Source of the DNA: Tricharina praecox
Taxonomy: Eukaryota
Reading direction: 5' to 3'
Length of the DNA stretch: 64,000 nt
Assembly (NCBI RefSeq): GCF_024521635.1
Contig: NW_026250409.1
Span: forward strand, 1,116,001-1,180,000
The stretch's first letter is position 1. Each line of letters opens with the position of its first letter. The translations under genes and the position numbers were made by a program. This document shows, one piece after another, positions 37,523 to 51,205 of this stretch. The notes under the pieces were generated by a model that saw nothing but the letters and a program-made list of their open reading frames with translations, was not told the DNA's origin and made no database searches.

Positions 37523-38813
37523 TCCGACTTTGGTGTCCGATAGAATCTGAAGTTCGCGTTTTTGGTGGGGGAAGCATTGAGTAATGGTGGGGCAGATGTG
37601 ACTGTATCTAATCTAATCTTTCCCATCGATCTTGGTTGCACCGCCATCATCACAAGCCGCGCGATGCTCGGTGTACCGCCACGCCCCTAATTTATCGCAT
37701 TTCGGATGATTTGTTTCGCAACCTCCACCTGCATGCGTTTCAAATTTTGCAACAGGCATCTCCTGCCGAGAGAAAGTAGCAAATGCTTGTTTGTGTTCTT
37801 CCCTTCTCGGTCGGATCTGCCTCCTGCCGCGAGTCCTGCGCTATGTACGCGGCGGCGTGCCCGCTTCCCTTGAGAGTCCGGCCGCCCCGTGCTTCCGTTC
37901 TGGTGGACAGCTGTGATGATGAATCGACGCTGATCAGCGTACGTACTCGCACATCTTCCACTTTACTCCGCGCGCTTGGAAATAACATCAAGCCGTGGAC
38001 AGGCAACGCTAACGTCTACGGCCGTGAATACATAGAGAACGGAAAGAGAGGCAGCAGCAAGGAGCTGTTGCGGCTTTCGTGGGCGAATTCATTTTCTTCA
38101 TGCAGCTTACTGAAGCTAGGGATGGTGCGTGTGTAGTGTATTTATGTTCTTCTGGGGAGACGAACTCGAGATGTCCAGAAGAAGACCAAGAAGAAGAGGA
38201 AGGGGAATGGAGAATGCGCATCCTCATTTGCTGCAGGCTGCTAGATATTTCCATCCACTTGATTTGCTACATTCAATTTCAGCCCCTTTTTATCTCTCAC
38301 AATCAAGATGTCGTCTTCCCCATCTTTTTCGGATGCCGATACTGCAGTTGTAACGTCTGTTCCCGTTGCTGGACGTACCCAAGATTACTCATGCACATAG
38401 TATTTTGCCTTTTATCTCCCGTCTCCTATCTATCTCGCCCCCCCTACACCGAGTGCCAACCCTCCTGCCCTCCCACCTCTTCAGCGACCTCTCGTCTTTT
38501 TTATATCTTCGAGTTTCCAATCCTCCTCACCCATCGCAGTACCATCACCCTCCCTTGTTCTGCATCTCGATAGCAGCGCTCTGTCATTCGTTTTTGGGGC
38601 TCATTCTCGCATCTCGGAATCACCGCCACACCCTGTAGCACTTAACTGGTCTACGCAACAATCAAAATTCAAACCTTCCCATCGAACCTTACCTTCTTCT
38701 CACCACCACCATCTCTCCACACACATCAACGACAAGCTTTCCTGCTTGCTTAAATTCACGCTGACCCCAATCTAATCCCAATCACAACCGCCCACCACAA
38801 ATCACCGCTCAAG

Positions 38814-40098
38814 ATGGCCGAGAAGGAGAAACAGGAGGACTACCGCGTCGAAATCGGCGATGACAAGCGACCATACTCTCCGGTGCGAGGGTCGACAACA
38901 CAGGCGCCGTCACCCCCGGCTGGGCCTTCCGTGGCCATCATGAGTTACTGCGTTGCCAGTATTCTCATGACCCTGACGAACAAATATGTCTTGTCCGGCA
39001 TCGATTTCAACCTGAACTTCATGTTGTTGGCTATCCAGGTGAGGCGCGGTATACCTCCGGTGAAAAAAACGCGTGCTAATCGTACGTAGAACATCATCTG
39101 TGTTGTCGCCATCCAGACCGGAAAGTCGATGGGAATGATCTCGTACCGGGATTTCAAGATGGACGAGGCGCGCAAATGGTTCCCCATCTCGCTGCTCCTG
39201 ATTTCCATGATCTACACCGGCTCCAAGGCCATCCAGTTCTTGTCGGTCCCCGTCTACACCATCTTCAAGAACTTGACAATCATCCTCATCGCCTACGGTG
39301 AGGTCCTCTGGTTCGGCGGCTCGGTGTCGCGCATGACCCTCTTCTCTTTCGGATTGATGGTCTTGTCTTCCATCATCGCTGCCTGGGCCGATGTCAGTGC
39401 TGCCGTCAGCTCTTACGGCCACAGCTCCACCGAGACTGCCACCGCTCTGAGCACCCTCAACGCCGGTTACATCTGGATGTTGGTCAACTGCCTGTCGTCC
39501 GCCGCCTATGTCTTGGGCATGCGCAAGAGGATCAAGTTGACCGGCTTCAAGGACTTTGACAGTATGCCATTCCCCATACCGCGTGTCCTCCATTCCCAGA
39601 TGCTGACTCTTCATAGCCATGTTCTACAACAACTTGCTCTCCATTCCGGTTATCATCTTGTGCTCGCTCTTCCTCGAGGACTGGTCGCAGGCCAACATCG
39701 ACAGGAACTTCCCCCCGGCGCTGCGCTCTAACCTCATGATCGCCATCCTCTTCTCGGGTCTTTCCTCGGTGTTCATCTCCTACACCTCTGCGTGGTGTGT
39801 CCGTATCACGTCGTCGACTACCTACTCCATGGTTGGTGCGCTCAACAAGCTGCCCATCGCCCTTAGTGGATTGATATTCTTTGACGCGCCCGTCACTCTT
39901 CCTTCCGTCTCGGTAAGCTCTTTCCGTCTTGCCGGCTTATATTACCTCCTCTAACGTATCCAGGCTATCGGATTGGGCTTCGTCTCTGGTATCGTCTACG
40001 CGATGGCCAAGGTCAAGCAGCAGACCGTCAAGACCACCTCGCTCCCGCTCACGCAGAGCGCCAGCTCCGCCAGCATGCGCGACGGCTTCAAGGCCTAA
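38814..40098 (+). CDS. VRG4: Golgi GDP-mannose transporter; introns about 39038-39089, 39562-39616, 39912-39963
   Basis: [68 protein letters not shown] (GALNK motif). Confidence 0.95.
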
Positions 40099-40893
40099 AT
40101 CTCAAGCCCATATCTCGGTGGTGGTCCTATTATAGATTTGCAAACGGACGAAACATGATATGAACTTGTTTTTCTTTTTTCCGGTTTTTTTTTACATAGA
40201 CAATTGTTAGGGAGGAAACGGCGAATGGAGAAGGGGAGGGGGATGGAGGGAGCGGGGCTTAAGGAGGAATTCTGTGTAAAACATTTGATATATCTTTGTT
40301 TCTAGTTTTTGAGTACCGATTCATTCTTCTGACCAGTAATGGTGTGTGCGTGAGGGTAGGATAAGTAGGGAAGTACAGTAGGGACGCTTGTGAGCTCAAG
40401 TGGGTTGTGTGTAAAGACGAGGTTGGGCATGATCGATCCGTTCGATCTGTACTATACGGTGGACTGTGATCTTTCTTACGGGCCGCACCTCTGTATGATA
40501 CTATCGTCCGGCCCGTCTGTTGTTTCGGACTGGATCTTACGGCCAAGAAAAGTTACCGGACTGAACGGTGCCATATATTCGTACGCTGGGTTCTTCTTGC
40601 AGTCAGCTCAAGCACAACAGCCCGACAATTGTCGAGAATACCGTAGTTCTGGTGGACTCGAAGCCATCGAAACTGATTTTACGAGTATTTGTTGTGGCGA
40701 CTCCTAGCGGGTCTAATCCGCTCTTCCCTGCACAGCACCAGCAACCACCAACCGCGTAAAGAGCCCAAAACGCGTCTTCCTTTGACCTTTCATTCTGCCA
40801 CCAACACCCTCCTTTCTGTCCGCGCACCATTCCCACCCCCCACTGCCCACCCCGCACCTCCCACCAATCTTCAGCCTCCAACACAAAAACACC

Positions 40894-43544
40894 ATGTCAC
40901 CACCCCAACCCCGCAGCTTCTCCTCGTCGTCAGACGGCGAAGCCGAAATCGAAACCCACCCGTCCACCGCATCCGACACGGGCTCCGACACCGCTTCTGA
41001 CTCTTCGGCACATTTTGGCGGCGACCTGGTCCGCGTCCGCTCCCCGTCACCACCACCACCACCACTTCCTCCTCCTCCTCCTCCGGCACTAGCACCGGCA
41101 CCAGCACCGGTAACGGCACAGCCACCCACGAGAAAACGAAAGCTTCGTCGCAAACTGGGCCCCGAGGTCGTTAATCTGCTTTCGGACGGCGAGGATAATG
41201 GCGATGATGAGCTGGTTCTTAAGTCGCCCGTGAGGGAGGGGGAGAGGGGGAGGGAGAGGGAGAGGGGCGGGACGAGGGGGGTAAAGCGGGAACGGGTTGT
41301 CGAGGTGGATGATGACGGGGATGTGATAATGGAGAAGGAGAAGGTGAAGAAGGTGAAGGTGAAGAAGGGGGGGCTCGCTGATGTGAGTGTGAGTGTGAGT
41401 GTGGAGATTGAGGCGGAGAGGACAGCACGCGGCCAGGACACCGGCGCGGCGGAGAAGGCGGAGAAGGCGGATACTTTCCTGTCGCCAATCCGCCCGCTGA
41501 ATATGGAAACACCCATGCTGGAGATCGAGGATAGCGAGGATAACAGTGACAATATAATACTACGACCAACTTTCGCGACGTCTACACCGCCACGGAAGGA
41601 GAAGTCTGTCGTGGATGTGGGGACCCTGCGTGGGATGAACCGTAAGCAGATGGAGGCGGAGCGGTTGGCACGGAAGAAGGCGGCTGTGGCGCCAGGCCCG
41701 TTTTACGGGGGGACGAAAAGCGTCGGCGGGAATGAGTGGACGGTGGGGAGGATGGAGAGACCGGCGTGGAAGACTGGGTCTGGGGCTACGAGTTCAACGT
41801 CGAAGGTGACAACGCCCGAGCCAGCGAAGGTCAGCCCTTCAACCCGCCAGCTCAAGAAGGAAGATGCTCCGAAAGCACCAACATTGGCCAAGTCTCCGCT
41901 CAAGTACCCCCACGGCGTCGTCAAAAAGACTTTTAAACAGTTCTCGCCCCAAAAATCCGACGAAGTAAGGATTGAGGATGTTCTTGAGGTGGACACGCTA
42001 CAGACTACGTTGCTCTCGGCGTTCCAGTGGGATTTTGAGTGGATCCTGAGTAAGCTCCCGGTCTGCAAGACGGTACTAGTAATGCAAGCCAAAGGTCCTG
42101 AGGAGCGCAAGATGAAGGAACGCCTGTTCGCAGAGATGGATCAGATCGAACTAGTGTTTCCATTCATGGATGGCCAGGTCAACTGTATGCACAGCAAGCT
42201 TATGCTGTTGTTTCATCGTGACAAGTTGGGGAGAGAGTGGTTAAGGGTTGTTGTTCCCTCAGCCAATCTGACAGATTATGATTGGGGGAGGTGTGAAGGG
42301 ATCATGGAAAATGTTTGTGTTCTCTGGCCACTCATTGTGGGAAACCATTGCTGACGGGTGGTTAGATGGTGTTCATGATCGACCTGCCAAAGCTGGAGGA
42401 ACCAATGCCGGAGCAGACATTCTTCCTGGATGAGCTGTTGCATTTCTGCGCCGCTCAGACAATCCCTTCGCATATCCTCACCGCCTTGCTTTACTACGAC
42501 TTCAAGGAGACCGCGTCGATGGCGTTTGTCCACTCCATCGGCGGAAGTCATGGTGGTGATCTTTGGGAGAGAACAGGCTATTGTGGGCTGGGCAGGGCTG
42601 TCAAGACGCTGGGGTATCACTCGGGCGAGGGATTGGAGGTCGACTACGTGGTATGTATATCCTGGCAGTTCGAGGGAGTGCCAACTGAATGGAATCATCT
42701 AGACCTCGTCACTTGGCGCAGCAAAAGAAGATTTTCTCTCCAACATCTACCGCGCAGCGCAGGGCCACACTGGTATCAAAGAGCTCCAACGGCGCAACAA
42801 GACGCTCAAATCCGCTCCGCAAAAGAAAGGCGCCATCTCCTCCTTCTTTGGCAAGAAGTCCGAAGCGGAACAAGCAGACGAAACTACCGATGATGACGAC
42901 AGTTTTAGTGAGGAAACGAACTGGAACAATATCCAGAAGCGGTTCCGCGTGTTCTTCCCCTCAAAGAATACCGTCGAGGAGAGCGAGGGCGGCGTTAATA
43001 ACGGCGGCACCATCTGCTTCCAGAGGCAATGGTGGAATGCACCCACCTTTCCAAAGAATCTACTCATGGATTGCAAGAGCGTTAGGAAGGGGACATTGAT
43101 GCATAATAAGGTTGGTACCAGCGTGATTTGCGGGAGGTGGCTTGGCTGACGGTTGTAGGTGCTATTTGCTCGCCCGTCGAAGCTACTGAACTCGAAACAT
43201 GGAAAAATGGCAGCGTGGGCGTATGTGGGCTCTGCCAATCTGAGTGAAAGCGCCTGGTACGTCCAGTGTTTTCATCCTTCGTCTTCTGTTACTGACTTCC
43301 GGACAGGGGAAAACTGGTGGTGGACAGAGCCACGAAAGCTCCCAAGATCAACCTCAAGAACTGGGAATGCGGTGTTATCGTTCCCGTCTCGGCCAAGAAC
43401 TTGGGCCCAACGCTGTCGGGCGTCACGCCGGAGTCGGGAACGCCAGCTTTCTCGGTGTTCCACGGCGTCGTGCCGGTGCCTATGGAGACGCCGGGTGAGC
43501 CGATGGGAAAAAATGTGCCGTGGTTCTTTATGGAGCAGATGTAG
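40894..43544 (+). CDS. Tyrosyl-DNA phosphodiesterase 1 (phospholipase D/nuclease) family protein, four introns
   Basis: LSAFQWD, CMHSKLMLL..WLRVVVPSANLTDYDWG, VDYVTSSLG, LMHNK, WAYVGSANLSESAW, NWECGV; long low-complexity N-terminus; may be a TDP1 paralog rather than the ortholog. Confidence 0.88.
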
Positions 43545-43794
43545 TCTACTCGTACTGTGGAACATCAGTTGCATTTTAGGTAATGGTCTGGGGAGTTTGC
43601 AGGTTGTTTTTGTATTTTTACTTTGGCCGTCTGGGCGCTATGTGTGTACCATAAATCCGTTGCCTGCCCAGCCAATCCGGTGAATCGCTTAAGCACCCAT
43701 AGGGTCGCCGGCAACTACCGCTAGTAGCCTTACCCCACAAAATCCAAGCCCATTGGCATCCCAATAGATACATTCCCATCGCCAGCCAGCCAAC

Positions 43795-45018
43795 ATGCAA
43801 CGGGCGACCACACCGCCCCCTCTCCCACCCAACCCGCAACTGCCCGCCTCCTGCGAGCCCCCCTCCCCCAGTCGGCCCACAAATTCGCAGGTATGGCTGA
43901 TCTTTGGGGCCACGGGCCACCTCGGCCGCAGCATCTGCCGGGTCGCTCTCGCCCGCGGCGACCGCGTCTCCGCCGTCGGCCGCAACATCCCCGCCGAGGA
44001 GGCGAGCATGCACGGCTGGCACAAGCGCTGCCAGGGGCTCGTGTGCGATGTGCGCGAGCGCTCGTCGGTCGACACGGCGTTTGCGCAGGCTAGGGCGTTC
44101 TGGGGGGAAATCGATATCATCGTAAAGTCCGCACGCTCTGCTTCTTCTCTCTCTGGTTAGCGGGATGGGAGGGGGCTGATGGACGGCTGATGGGGCTGAT
44201 GGTGGGCAGTTGCACCGGTTACGGCATCATAGGCGCCTGTGAGGACCAGGACGAACACGATATTCGTGCCCAGTTCGAAACTAACGTCACCGGCCTCGTC
44301 AATATCGTACAGGCTACCGTCCCCTACCTTCGCGAGCGCGGCGGCGGGAGGTATATTGTCTTCAGCTCGCTCCACGGACTGGTCTCCGTGCCCGGCCTCG
44401 GACGTACGTAGACATCCCTTCGCCAAGTCCTGTGCGGGTGACAGCTAACGCCCACAGCCTACTGCGCAACCAAATGGGCGGTCGAGGGGCTCACGGAGAG
44501 CCTGATGTACGAGCTGGACCCCTTCGGGATAACGGTGACATTAGTCGAGCCGGGCCCGTCACGACGCGACGAGCCAGACGAGAACATCAACGGCCCGTCG
44601 CCGATGTGGGGACACTTCCTGATGAAGCCTCCGACCGATGCGTACCGTGCCACCACCTCGCCCGCACAGCACGCAACTAGAATGGTCGACTGGCTCAGGT
44701 TTAGACAGCCCACGAGCGCGGTCAAAATCTCGAAAATGGTATGGGAGCTCGGGCATTGCAAGTACCCCCCGCTAAGGTTGCTCCTCGGGTCGCATGCCGT
44801 CGAGAGTATTAGGGATCGCCTGAGGAATACGATTGAGGAGGTGCGTTTTGGAACCCCTTGTGTCCTGGAGGTCCATGGGAGTCACGTACTGAGCATGCAA
44901 CAAACAGATTGAGGACTGGCGGCATCTCAATAATCCCAACGAGCCTGCTGCTGCAGCCGCCACCAGCAGCACGACGGCAGCGGCGGCGGCGGCGGAGGAC
45001 GACACAGCAGCGGGCTGA
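43795..45018 (+). CDS. Short-chain dehydrogenase/reductase; introns 44127-44209, 44404-44457, 44841-44907
   Basis: WLIFGATGHLG, CDVR, VNCTGYG, QFETN, catalytic YCATK, VEPG. Confidence 0.9.
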
Positions 45019-45328
45019 CTAGGAGACCTGCGGAGGGGAGTGATACCACGTATAGTACATAATGAATTGATGGGGCGTTACTCTTTCCGTGCCGTGGATG
45101 CAGAGTACTCTATGTGTCGGGTTTCTGGCGGGATCCTCCGTGAGAAGTGGCTGCAGAAATTTTGGCCGTCGGCTAGATAGGTACACACCTAGTGGTGATG
45201 CGGAATGGGATGCTGAATGGGATGCAGAAGATGGTGTGGATGATGGTGTGGATGATACATACGCTCAGACCTACTCAGGTATGCTAGAAGTGATGAGTTT
45301 CGGATGTGGGATTCGGCCCTGGCGTGCA

Positions 45329-45380
45329 GATGGATGGATGGATGGATGGATGGATGGATGGATGGATGGATGGATGGATG
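45329..45380. repeat. (GATG)13 microsatellite
   Basis: Direct reading. Confidence 0.95.
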
Positions 45381-46411
45381 TGGATGGATGTGGAGTGCGT
45401 GCGCGAGCGAGCGAGAGGGCGTGCAGCGCAGCGTTAGTGGTGTCAATAGCAGACCGGCTGCGCTTGGAAGGCTGCCGTTCGGCTGTTGGATAGGATGTCT
45501 CTTTTTAGGGGGAGGGGGGGAGTGGAGAACTGTGGGGTACTTACCAGATACTGGCAAAGACTGACGGGCGGACAGGTGGAGATGTCGAGACAGCACCTGT
45601 ATTCCGTATGCACCATGTGTGAGATTGCCTGGCTCCAGCCGTTCCTTCTCCGTGTAGAGTACACGTACCGTGCAGACTCTGAAGAGCATCGAACGGGTAC
45701 AGGCTGCACAGCTTGGCGGAGGCGCGGTGTCTCACCTGGATGGTTCACGTCCCTCTCGGGTCTTATCTGCCCAGAGTCCCAGACGATCTGTGCAAGAAGT
45801 AGGTGCCCTATATCTATCTGCATAAGTACATACTCAGCGCCGCCAACTAAATACCCAGGTACCCACCAGTAGCTGAGAAACCGAGTGACACGAGACAAGC
45901 TCGCTAGAATAGCCCGCGAGAATGCGGTTCGCCGCCCCCACTACCCACAGTGGCGGAATACGCACCGCATGCGTGTTGTCACGTCAAACATCTCCGCGGC
46001 GCACAGTGGGCTGAGAGCTAGCTGATGGCTATATATGGAATGGACTCTGGAGGGGAGTGAAGTGCCCTCAGATAACTACTGTGTATAATAGTTAGTAGAT
46101 ACCTATTCTACTTATGCTAACCACCTATTCTATCTAAGTATTCTACCTACATACCGCTGATAGGTTTCCTCTAATGCTCCAACTATGTACCAAGTCAATA
46201 TATAGTAAGTAGTCAGTCCTCGTCAGTCCTTGTCAGTCCTCGTCAGTACTCGTCGGTCCTCGTCGGTCCTCGCCCATCCTCGCCCGTGCTGTCAGAGCTA
46301 TTAAATACTACGTCATGCGCCGTGTCCAGACTCCAGACTCCGGAGCCTTGAAGCCTTGGAGTACGATGTGCGATGTGCATCGTGCATCGTCCAGTCGTAG
46401 TAGGACTAGAC

Positions 46412-46742
46412 CAGTAACGAGTGTTCTACATAGTCCGTCCGTCCGTTCAGTCCGTCCGTTCAGTCCATCCGTCCTGGGCCTCTGACCGGACTGGACTAGA
46501 CTGGACCGGACAGAACTCTATCTCGGCAGTCCGTCCAGGACCGGTGTTCGGACGGACTAGGTAGTCCAAAGAAAATCGAGGGCAGGACAGAATACAGCAG
46601 GCTGCAGTCGGCTGCAGTCTGCACCTAGGTAGTCCACGGAATCCACGGAATCCACGGAATATATGGACTGCAGTGGCTGGACTACTTTTAAGTACCTAGG
46701 CCGTCTAAAGGGCCGGACTGGACCAGATCTCGTCAAACACTG
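46412..46742. mobile_element. Candidate non-autonomous hAT-type element (MITE), 331 bp
   Basis: Flanked by the 8-bp direct repeat GACTAGAC (46404-46411 and 46743-46750); ends CAGT(AACGAGT)GTT and AACACTG; dense GTCC/GGAC subterminal repeats. Confidence 0.45.
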
Positions 46743-48321
46743 GACTAGACTGCCCTGGACTGGACTGAGCCAAGGTGTACGGGGTGCTCCTGTGCTCGTT
46801 CATTCGTTGGTTGGGAATTGCGGATCGAGGCGTGTGGTTACCGTCTACCTATATCGGGTCCTGGACGAGTCATCAATCGTGATGCACTACTCTACCCATG
46901 GCCTATAACTAGTAGTCTCAGTGGTCATTCCTACTCTACTGGTTAAGCAAGATACATACCCAAGTAATACTCTACCTACCAGTAGATAGAGTATCTCCGG
47001 GGCCTCGACTTACCTATTACCGTGGACATTCTTCATTCTACATTCTGCGTCCCGGATCGGGAGTTTGCTACCGTGGTCCGTATCCCGAAGTCGAGCATGT
47101 ATGATGTAATTGCAAAGCCGCGACCACCACCGGCTGCGCTTAACTTTTAAGAAGCGCCAACCTCCATTGCATTGCACACCGTAGCGCGCACGACGGTCGA
47201 CGACTCGACGGAGGACCGGTTCCGAGATTCCACGGCTACCCGAGAGTCCGAGACCTCGCTCGCCTGGGGCCGGGGACCCCTCCCCACAGCCCCTAGTTAC
47301 GAGACTCAAAGACCGCACGGCCATCCTCCGGGAGTCCGGGGGGTTTCGCGTCGCTGCTACATACATATCACGCTCAGCCCTGGCGTATGTATCATGGTTC
47401 AGATGTACTAATAATACCTACATGATACCTGCGGTATTTACGGAGTTCCGACCGACCGACCGACCGAGTGTGCGGTTTACCATGTTTATGCTTAACCTGA
47501 TCGATCCGAAATTCGAATGTCTGTCTGTCTGCCGCCCATGAGGGATTCTCGTGAAGGTGAAGGGTACGCAGTGGAAGTATGTAGTTCGAAGCCACAACCT
47601 TGGACCTTGGTTGGTACTCTACCGTGGTTGCTGCGCACCGCCCACTTCGGATGCCTGCTGCCGTGATCCACCCATGAATGATCCTCGTATATTGCTGCTG
47701 CCTGGCGGTAACTACTCTACTTACACCGATTCCCTGCCCCAAGCCATGCCATGCAGTGAGAGTAGAGTAATAACACTCTACAGTATGTACTCCATAGATG
47801 CATCCATCCAGCCACCCATCAGCAGCAGGAACAGAACCACTTCTGGCTCGCAAGGAGCACTGCGACAGGTGGGGCGCAGCGGTATACGGTACATACGGTA
47901 CCGGTAGTGTTATAGAATGCGTGGTGAACTTCAGCCACACTGCGCCGGACCCGGCCCGATCTCCTGCAGTGGCTGGTCGATAGGTGGTCAGCGGTAGTTA
48001 TAGTTGACGGGAGTAAGTAAGCACTTGAGGCCACACACGGTGACACACGCCGGCATAAAACCACGAGGCGGATCGGGGTGGGGGGGAAAACGAATATAGT
48101 TCCCACTGCATATCATACACACTCGCAAGGCCTGTACCAGCTGTATGTAGCAGGTTTTCCGCGAGGATCGGATCTCGGCTCTGATACATAGATAGCAGTA
48201 TGTGGTACATACGGTAGTAGGTAGGGGGTAGGTAACCAGTTGGATACATACCACTGTGGATCCGGAGACCCACAGCGGAAACCATGGTCCATGGCCATCG
48301 ATACTCCCTGCTCCAGGGCTC

Positions 48322-48368
48322 CACCCCGTGGAACACCCCGTGGAACACCCCGTGGAACACCTCGTGGA
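48322..48368. repeat. 12-bp tandem repeat (CACCCCGTGGAA), about 4 copies
   Basis: Direct reading. Confidence 0.9.
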
Positions 48369-49275
48369 GAAGGTCAGTACGTACGGCTGGCGGCAGCACA
48401 CATCGCATCGTATGCAGTGAATGCGGACTGGGACTGGGGAAGCGGTGGGATGCGGGGGGTGGGGGTATGTTGTTTGGGAGGGGGGGTAATGTGTGCAGAT
48501 ACGGAGAGCATGTAGAGTGGGTACCTTGACTGCTCTGCTGGGGGAGGGGGGGCACAGCCCTCAAGGATATACGTAGGTCGGTATATAGAGTGGAAGAGTG
48601 GGTGAGGACTTGCTTGGTTTAGTGTGTTTGTGAGTCCTGGTGGTTATGGTCCGTCCTTCCTGGTGCTGTGTCGGACCGTCCCCCACCCCTGTCCCTGCCC
48701 GCCCCCCTCCATGATGGATGGAGCGCAGTAAATAAACTCTTTCTACATATCGCCCTACCTCCGATTCAACCGAAGCGCCTCGTGCTTGCATGCAGGCACC
48801 GCACCACACCCCTACGGTATTCTGCACAAACTGCTCTGCTCTGCAATTGCCAGCCTTTCTAGAAGGCGATGAACCCTTTTGGCCCGCGAGTCGGCGGTGA
48901 CTGTCCGCTCGGAGAGAGACCGACAGGGGTGCGGAGTTAACGACGGATGATATCGTGCTTTTATTTATACACGCCTTGCCCGCACCTCCATCCTCGAAAA
49001 CCCCCTTCCCCGAGCGGAGGGTTACTTGCCTTCCGTCATCCCCACACCACCACCCCACCTGTCACTGCTACGGGACTTCAGCCCTACCCCTTCCCGCTTC
49101 CTTTCCGTATCTGGAAACAGTCTTGCCTTGCAGCTCTACGGTACTTCTCGGCATCTTCACTAAAACTTCACTGTGCAACCTAGAAGAGAACAATAAACAA
49201 TACCAATAAACGCAGAGAAGAACAATACCAATACCAATAACCATCCCCCATACTGTCAATACAAAGACAACCACC

Positions 49276-51205
49276 ATGGCAACTGTAGTCGGAGCGTCCG
49301 GAATACTCGACATCGTCTCATCCCTCCCGCTGGAGCTCGCCACATCGGTTCTGCTCTCGGTGGACCTCGAAGACCTAGTGGCCTGTTCGGCAGTCTGCCG
49401 GTCCTGGCGAAAACTCGCCCACCTCGAATACCTGTACGCACCGTACCTGCTTCGGAAATACAGCCTAGTGACGCACGGGCGCTCACCCATAGCCTCGTCG
49501 TCGTCGCCGGGCTCCTCGGTCCGATCCGAGCTCCTCGAGCGCTACCGCCGGCTCTCGGCGTCGTCGTACTTTTCGAGCTCCGAGACACTGCGGGATCTGG
49601 CGCTGCGCGATCTGCGCCTGCGGAAGCAGTGGATGAGTGGCGTGCCCACGAGGAAGATAAATCTCAACGCCGAGGGCGTGCAGGGTGCCCGGCTGCTGAG
49701 CGTGGTGGTCGACCCGGTGTGGGATCTGGTGATAACGGGTGACGCAAGTGGCGCAGTGGTGTTCTGGTGCACGAGGACTCGGAAGCCTGTCGATACGAAA
49801 CATGTTCGCGGATCCGCGCGTGGTCCGGTACCGCCTGCGATCGCAACCATGGCCCTCGAGGGAGAGTATTTGGTCATCGGGGATTGCGTTTGTACTCCCT
49901 CCTCTCCCACCTCCACTGGACACGCCTAACGGTCCCGTCTTCTTTCTCACAGAAATCTCTCGTCCACATCCTGAAGCGCGACCACGCTACCCGCACCTTC
50001 GAGTACATCACCAGCTTTCCCGTAACCTCCGAGGTGTGTAGCATCCATCTGTCGGGGCACACCGTAATCACCGCCTGCGTGAACGGCGAAATCGACTTCC
50101 GCAGCGTCCTCTCGCCGTCCACCGTGCTCTTACAGATCTACACGCCGATCTTCCACCACCTCGGCCTACCAAACCGTAGCATCCACTACGCGCGGCCCTT
50201 CCTCTTCACGTCCTCTAAATGCGTCTCCCAGATCTACCCCAAGACCGTCGACCCCGACAACCGTCGGGAACTGTGGGAGTACTCTGAGAACGAACTGTTC
50301 ATCAAGAACTACACCGTTTCCGAGAGCGCCGAGAACCAGGAGGGAAAGTGTATCCTCGCACCGTTCAGGGACACGGGCGAACTCCTGGTTGCCTGGCCCG
50401 ATGCGAGCGTCTACTCCATCACCGGGTTCAAGGCGAGTGTCGTCGCCCTGCCGAAGAGCCACATTCTTGCGGAGCGGACACATCCGCGCGGCGTGCGCTC
50501 CATGGCCGCCGGAGACGGCGTGTTCGTCACGAGCTCGTACGAACAGGAAGGAGTGCGTTCTCCGCCCCCCCCTCCCCCCTCACTCGGAATCTGCCCCTAA
50601 CACCACCAACAATATAGAAAATCTCAATCTTCACGCACGAAGGCCAGCGGCTACAAACCCTGTTGAGCGGCGAGAGCATCACGGGGCTAGCAGTACGCCC
50701 CCCTCCCCCCCCCTCCCCTCCCCTCCCCCTTCGCCCCCACTCACCTTTTCCCCCCTTCTTCTCGCAGATGGACCCCACCTTCTTCGTCTCGGTATCAAAA
50801 GACCGCGCCGTGGTACTGTGGGACTTTTCGCCTCCCACAGTGCCTCCCACAACACCACCGACGACGGCGATGCCGGAGAGCAGTGCCTGTGCCTATACAA
50901 GCCACAGTCCCGAACCCAGCGTGTTCTCGGATGTGGATGAGGAGGCTGATAGTGATGCTAATGCGTGCGAGAGCGAGACCCCGCCGTCGAGTCCCGAGAA
51001 TAGCACCGGGTCGACGGAGGGGGCGGGGGCAGGGGCGGGGGCTGTCACTGGTAGGAGTGGGAGTGGGAAACGGAAGGTGGCGGGTGAGAATGAGGGCGGA
51101 CATGGGGGGGATTCGGGGAGTGGAAGTGGAAGTGGGATTGGCAGTGGGAGTGGGAGTGCGGGGAGTGGGAGTGCGGGGAGTGCGGACAAGAGATGTAGGG
51201 TATGA
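49276..51205 (+). CDS. F-box / WD40-like protein, join(49276..49887,49953..50552,50618..50692,50768..51205)
   Basis: F-box DIVSSLPLELATSVLLSVDLEDLVACSAVCRSWRKLA; WD-like LVITGDASGAVVFW, HPRGVRSMA..VFVTSS, FVSVSKDRAVVLWDF; Gly/Ser tail. Confidence 0.8.
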
